NCBI RefSeq assembly: GCF_016433145.1
Contig: NC_058134.1
Coordinates: forward strand, 282,446,639 to 282,510,497
Source of the DNA: Gracilinanus agilis
Taxonomy: Eukaryota
Length of the DNA stretch: 63,859 bases
Direction: 5' to 3'
The notes under the pieces are model-generated. The model did not search any database. It saw only the letters and a list, made by a program, of their open reading frames with translations, and was not told the origin of the DNA. Positions 60,815-63,859 of this stretch are shown piece by piece. Made by a program: the position numbers and the translations under genes. The stretch's first letter is position 1, and each line of letters starts with the position of its first letter.

Positions 60815-62339
60815 CTTTTGGCAGATGCAGTTTCTCTGTATAAGCCTTAGAGGGGGAGCAAAAGACAAAAGGACGGAGAGGGACACTGATCTAAAAGACA
60901 GACTCAGGATGCCATAGATCCAAGGATAAGAGGCAAGTGAGGTGGCCTCAGTCTTTCTCTCTCATTTTCTTCCATTTTTGGAGAGAAGAGCAAGGTAGAC
61001 GGTTTCCCCATTTGGGTGACTTTCAAGCATCTTGGCTGAACCTTGGCAGTTGCTATTATCTGTCTTTTTCTGTTTTTATCCTTATTCCTATTCTATTCTC
61101 TGTCTCTCTCTGTCTGTGACTCTCTCTCTCACCCCTCTCCCTCTCCCTCCTTCTTCCTTTCTCCCCTCCCCTTCCCCACTGTCCCTCCTGGGGTTTCCAG
61201 AAGGACAAATGAAGAAGCAGAAAAAGCTCCCCCTAACAGCAGGGGTAGAGAACATGGTGCTTAAAAGGTCATAGGAGAAGATAACAGAACTTCAGGGAAG
61301 CCTCTTAGGTGGGGTGGGGGGAACAAAACCTGAAACCAGGAAAGGAAGAGGAGCAATTAAGAGATCAATCTTGAGGCAGAGCTGGGGTGGTAGGGATAGA
61401 CCCAGAGTCATGTTCTTTTATTCTCTATCTTCAGTGAGACTTCAGCAGGAGGGAGAAAGGTTAGACTACAGGAAGGACTTTCCACAGTCCAGAACACCCA
61501 TGGGGCAGGCTAAGAGACAGGGAGCCCAGGAGATCTCAAAACACCCTTGAGAAATGAGATGGGCCATGGCGATGGGATTTCTGGATATGGAAGCAGGCTC
61601 AGAGCTGGATTCAGAGCTGGAAGGGATATCAGAATTCCCTTTTTACAGCTGAGGAAACTCAGGCCAGAAGTGTTGATTTGGATTCACATGCAAGACTGAG
61701 CTAGTCTTTGATCTAGCTGCCTGGTAGCCTAGGTATTTGCATGGGGAGGGAGGAAGAAACCCACACCCACACACCCAAGCCCATCTCTTTCCCTGGTCCT
61801 GAAGGCTCTCCTGATCAGGACTCCCTCCCTATCTCTACCAATTCTGAGCCCAGCTGATCCTGGATCCCAGCTCGGAAGCTGTGGGGAGGAGAGCAGAGAG
61901 AGGCTCAGAGCATCTTCAAATCGGTGCTAGTGGAATGCAGGATATCTGTGCACGGGGCCAGAGGAGGCTCTGGCTGTGCATTCCCCAGGGATGCTTCAGG
62001 GGCACCTGAACAGGAATTGTTTCAGCCTGGCCAGCCCGGCCAATGGAGAAAGGAGCAGGGTGCTTATGGAGAGAGGGGATGCTCTAAGTGAGTCTGGACT
62101 GCATTTGGACCTATTGGCATATCATAAACATATTCTACATCAAAGCACCTCCAATTAATCAGTACTGGCTTCCCAAGTGTCTTGTGCAGGCACCGTGGAG
62201 AAGGTGGCATCAGCACTGGACTGGGTGTCTGGTAGGTTTCTGTGTTCTCAGGGTTTCTGGCTGCTACGTCTTACTCCCCACCCCACCCCCGACTCCCCAA
62301 TCTCCCCCCCTCTCTTCTATCCACCCCAGGATTGGTGGC

Positions 62340-62541
62340 TCTCGGCCCCTCCCCTCAGCCCCTCCACCCCCCCAGACCCTCCCAAAGCCCTTATCAGGGA
62401 GCAGGAACTGAGTCTCTGCCAGATCCAAGATCCCCTCTCCCTTCAGCAGCAACCACTGAAGCCTCCTTGTGGAACCTGGGAAGCCAGACCCCAAGACCCA
62501 CAGATCCAAAGTCTCCATATCTTACCAAGCGTCATCCCCAG
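62340..62541 (+). other. Candidate TAC3 non-coding first exon (start approximate)
   Basis: Donor cccag|GTAGGT at 62541/62542 in unique sequence about 690 nt upstream of the coding exon. Confidence 0.35.
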
Positions 62542-63231
62542 GTAGGTCTGATGGGAAAGGGAGGCAGAGGAAGGGGGTTAGGTAACTATATGTGTGCAGG
62601 AAGTGGGCATGGAGACTAAGGGACAGGTTTTACTGATGGGGTCCAGAGTCAAGAGGAAGGGACTCTGGGAAATGGAAATTGATACTAAGGCAAGGGACTG
62701 GGCAAATGGGCAAAAATATGTGCGTGTGTGTGTTGGATGGGGGGCATGTCAACAGCAGGTTCATCCATCTATTTTCTCTGACTGGAAAGTTTCTCTGTTG
62801 GGGGACTATTGACCATTTAGAACCCTTCCATGGATGCAAGCAAAGGCATAGATCCCTCCTTGCCCTACAGCTGCCTCCTCTTCCTAGGGAGGAAGGGCTT
62901 GTTCCCAGCCCAATGGTTTCTTCTTGTCAGGCCCAGATTGGGGGTAGGTGAAGGATGATGATACCCCATGGTGGGCAGGGAAGTTGAAGACAAAAAGCTT
63001 CAGTATCTGCAGAGGCCGCCTGGTTCTCCGTCCTTCTCCCCTCTTCCCTACCATGGAGTCTTGGGCTGCAGTGGGGACAAGGCTCACATGTGCTCTTGAT
63101 CACCCATGTTGCTTCTGTGTTTAGGGTCTGTCATGTGTGGACATGAGACTGCTCTGGCTGGGTGTTATGGAAGGGCTCTCCTCTTCCTCACCCTACGCCC
63201 AAGGCTTACTACATTTATCCTCCTAGGCACC

Positions 63232-63342
63232 ATGAGGACATTGCTGCTCATGGCCATCCTGGTGGTTAGTGTTGGAAGGAGCTGCCACGCTGTCTGCGAG
63301 GAATCAAAGGAACAAGGGGCATTTGGTGGGGGCCACAGCAAG
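63232..63342 (+). CDS. TAC3: Tachykinin-3 (neurokinin B precursor), first coding exon; gene continues beyond the window
   Basis: Acceptor tcctag|GCACCATG, peptide MRTLLLMAILVVSVGRSCHAVCEESKEQGAFGGGHSK (signal peptide plus AVC-E...GGG-SK as in mammalian TAC3), donor aag|GTAAGA at 63343, syntenic position downstream of MYO1A. Confidence 0.88.
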
Positions 63343-63859
63343 GTAAGATGCCCCCTCGCTGCCACCTCACAGAGCCAGCTTTCCCCCTAGTTATAACATT
63401 AGCCCTTTCAGGAGGGGGAGGAGTGTGTGTGTGTTGCACTGGACTCTGTGTCTCTATATATTTGTATAGCTGTGTATGTGTGCAAGAAAGGAATCTCTCT
63501 GCCACTGTTTCCATATCTCATTTAATAAGAACTTAGTAGTAGCTGCTCAAAAATACTTGGAGATTGATTAATATTGGTTGAATGGTGCTGATTGGTGGTG
63601 GTGGGGGGTGAGTTAGGGTTCAAGGAGAGACTCCTAACTCGTTCATTCCCATAGCTCTGTCCCTGGTCAGATGAGCAGAGCCTTGTTCCCAAAATAATGA
63701 CCGATCCTTGGCAGACTGCTGTGCACAAAGATATCATATAGTCATTTAATGACTGAAATGCAAAGAAATTCTTTCCCTGCCCCTCTTCCTCTCTCCCTCT
63801 ACCCCAGGATCCTGAGTTAATTGCTCCATTTCCCCCTTAGGAATCTAGCCCTTTCTCCT

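Noticed and set aside
62185-62235. REST/RE1-like words near the TAC3 promoter (also ggacagagcc at ~57645)
   Set aside because: Half-sites are mis-spaced or mismatched relative to TTCAGCACCnnGGACAG; not supportable without ChIP data.
1-63859. tRNA-like A/B boxes, CRISPR-like arrays, rRNA or snRNA genes
   Set aside because: B-box motifs (ggttcaaatc) all belong to tRNA-derived SINE heads; no cloverleaf, no regularly spaced repeat-spacer array and no structural RNA gene was recognised.

Overview
Mammalian, almost certainly didelphid marsupial (opossum-like), genomic DNA, judged from abundant SINE1_Mdo-like, MAR1-like and L1_Mdo-like repeats. It covers the conserved NEMP1 (TMEM194A) - MYO1A - TAC3 block, all on the + strand. 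I reconstructed a complete 9-exon NEMP1 CDS (442 aa), a complete 27-coding-exon MYO1A CDS (1042 aa) and the first coding exon of TAC3; every intron is GT-AG and the frames are continuous. NEMP1 intron 1 holds an antisense, full-length SUMO2 processed retrocopy with TSDs and two assembly gaps. The rest is L1, L2, MIR/MAR1, SINEs, hAT MITEs and microsatellites. I see no convincing wholly new biological system. The best leads are: a hAT MITE family carrying a consensus CTCF motif, with copies on both sides of and inside MYO1A; a hAT MITE whose interior is replaced by foreign DNA ending in a splice acceptor; a perfect 54-bp inverted duplication inside an intronic SINE; extreme local GC3/CpG enrichment in NEMP1 (exon 7: 74/74 codons end in G/C); a MYO1A exon that rebuilds a consensus 5' splice site at its start; and a duplicated exon-like module between NEMP1 and MYO1A. 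Repeat family names are from recognition, not a database search, and repeat boundaries without TSDs are approximate.
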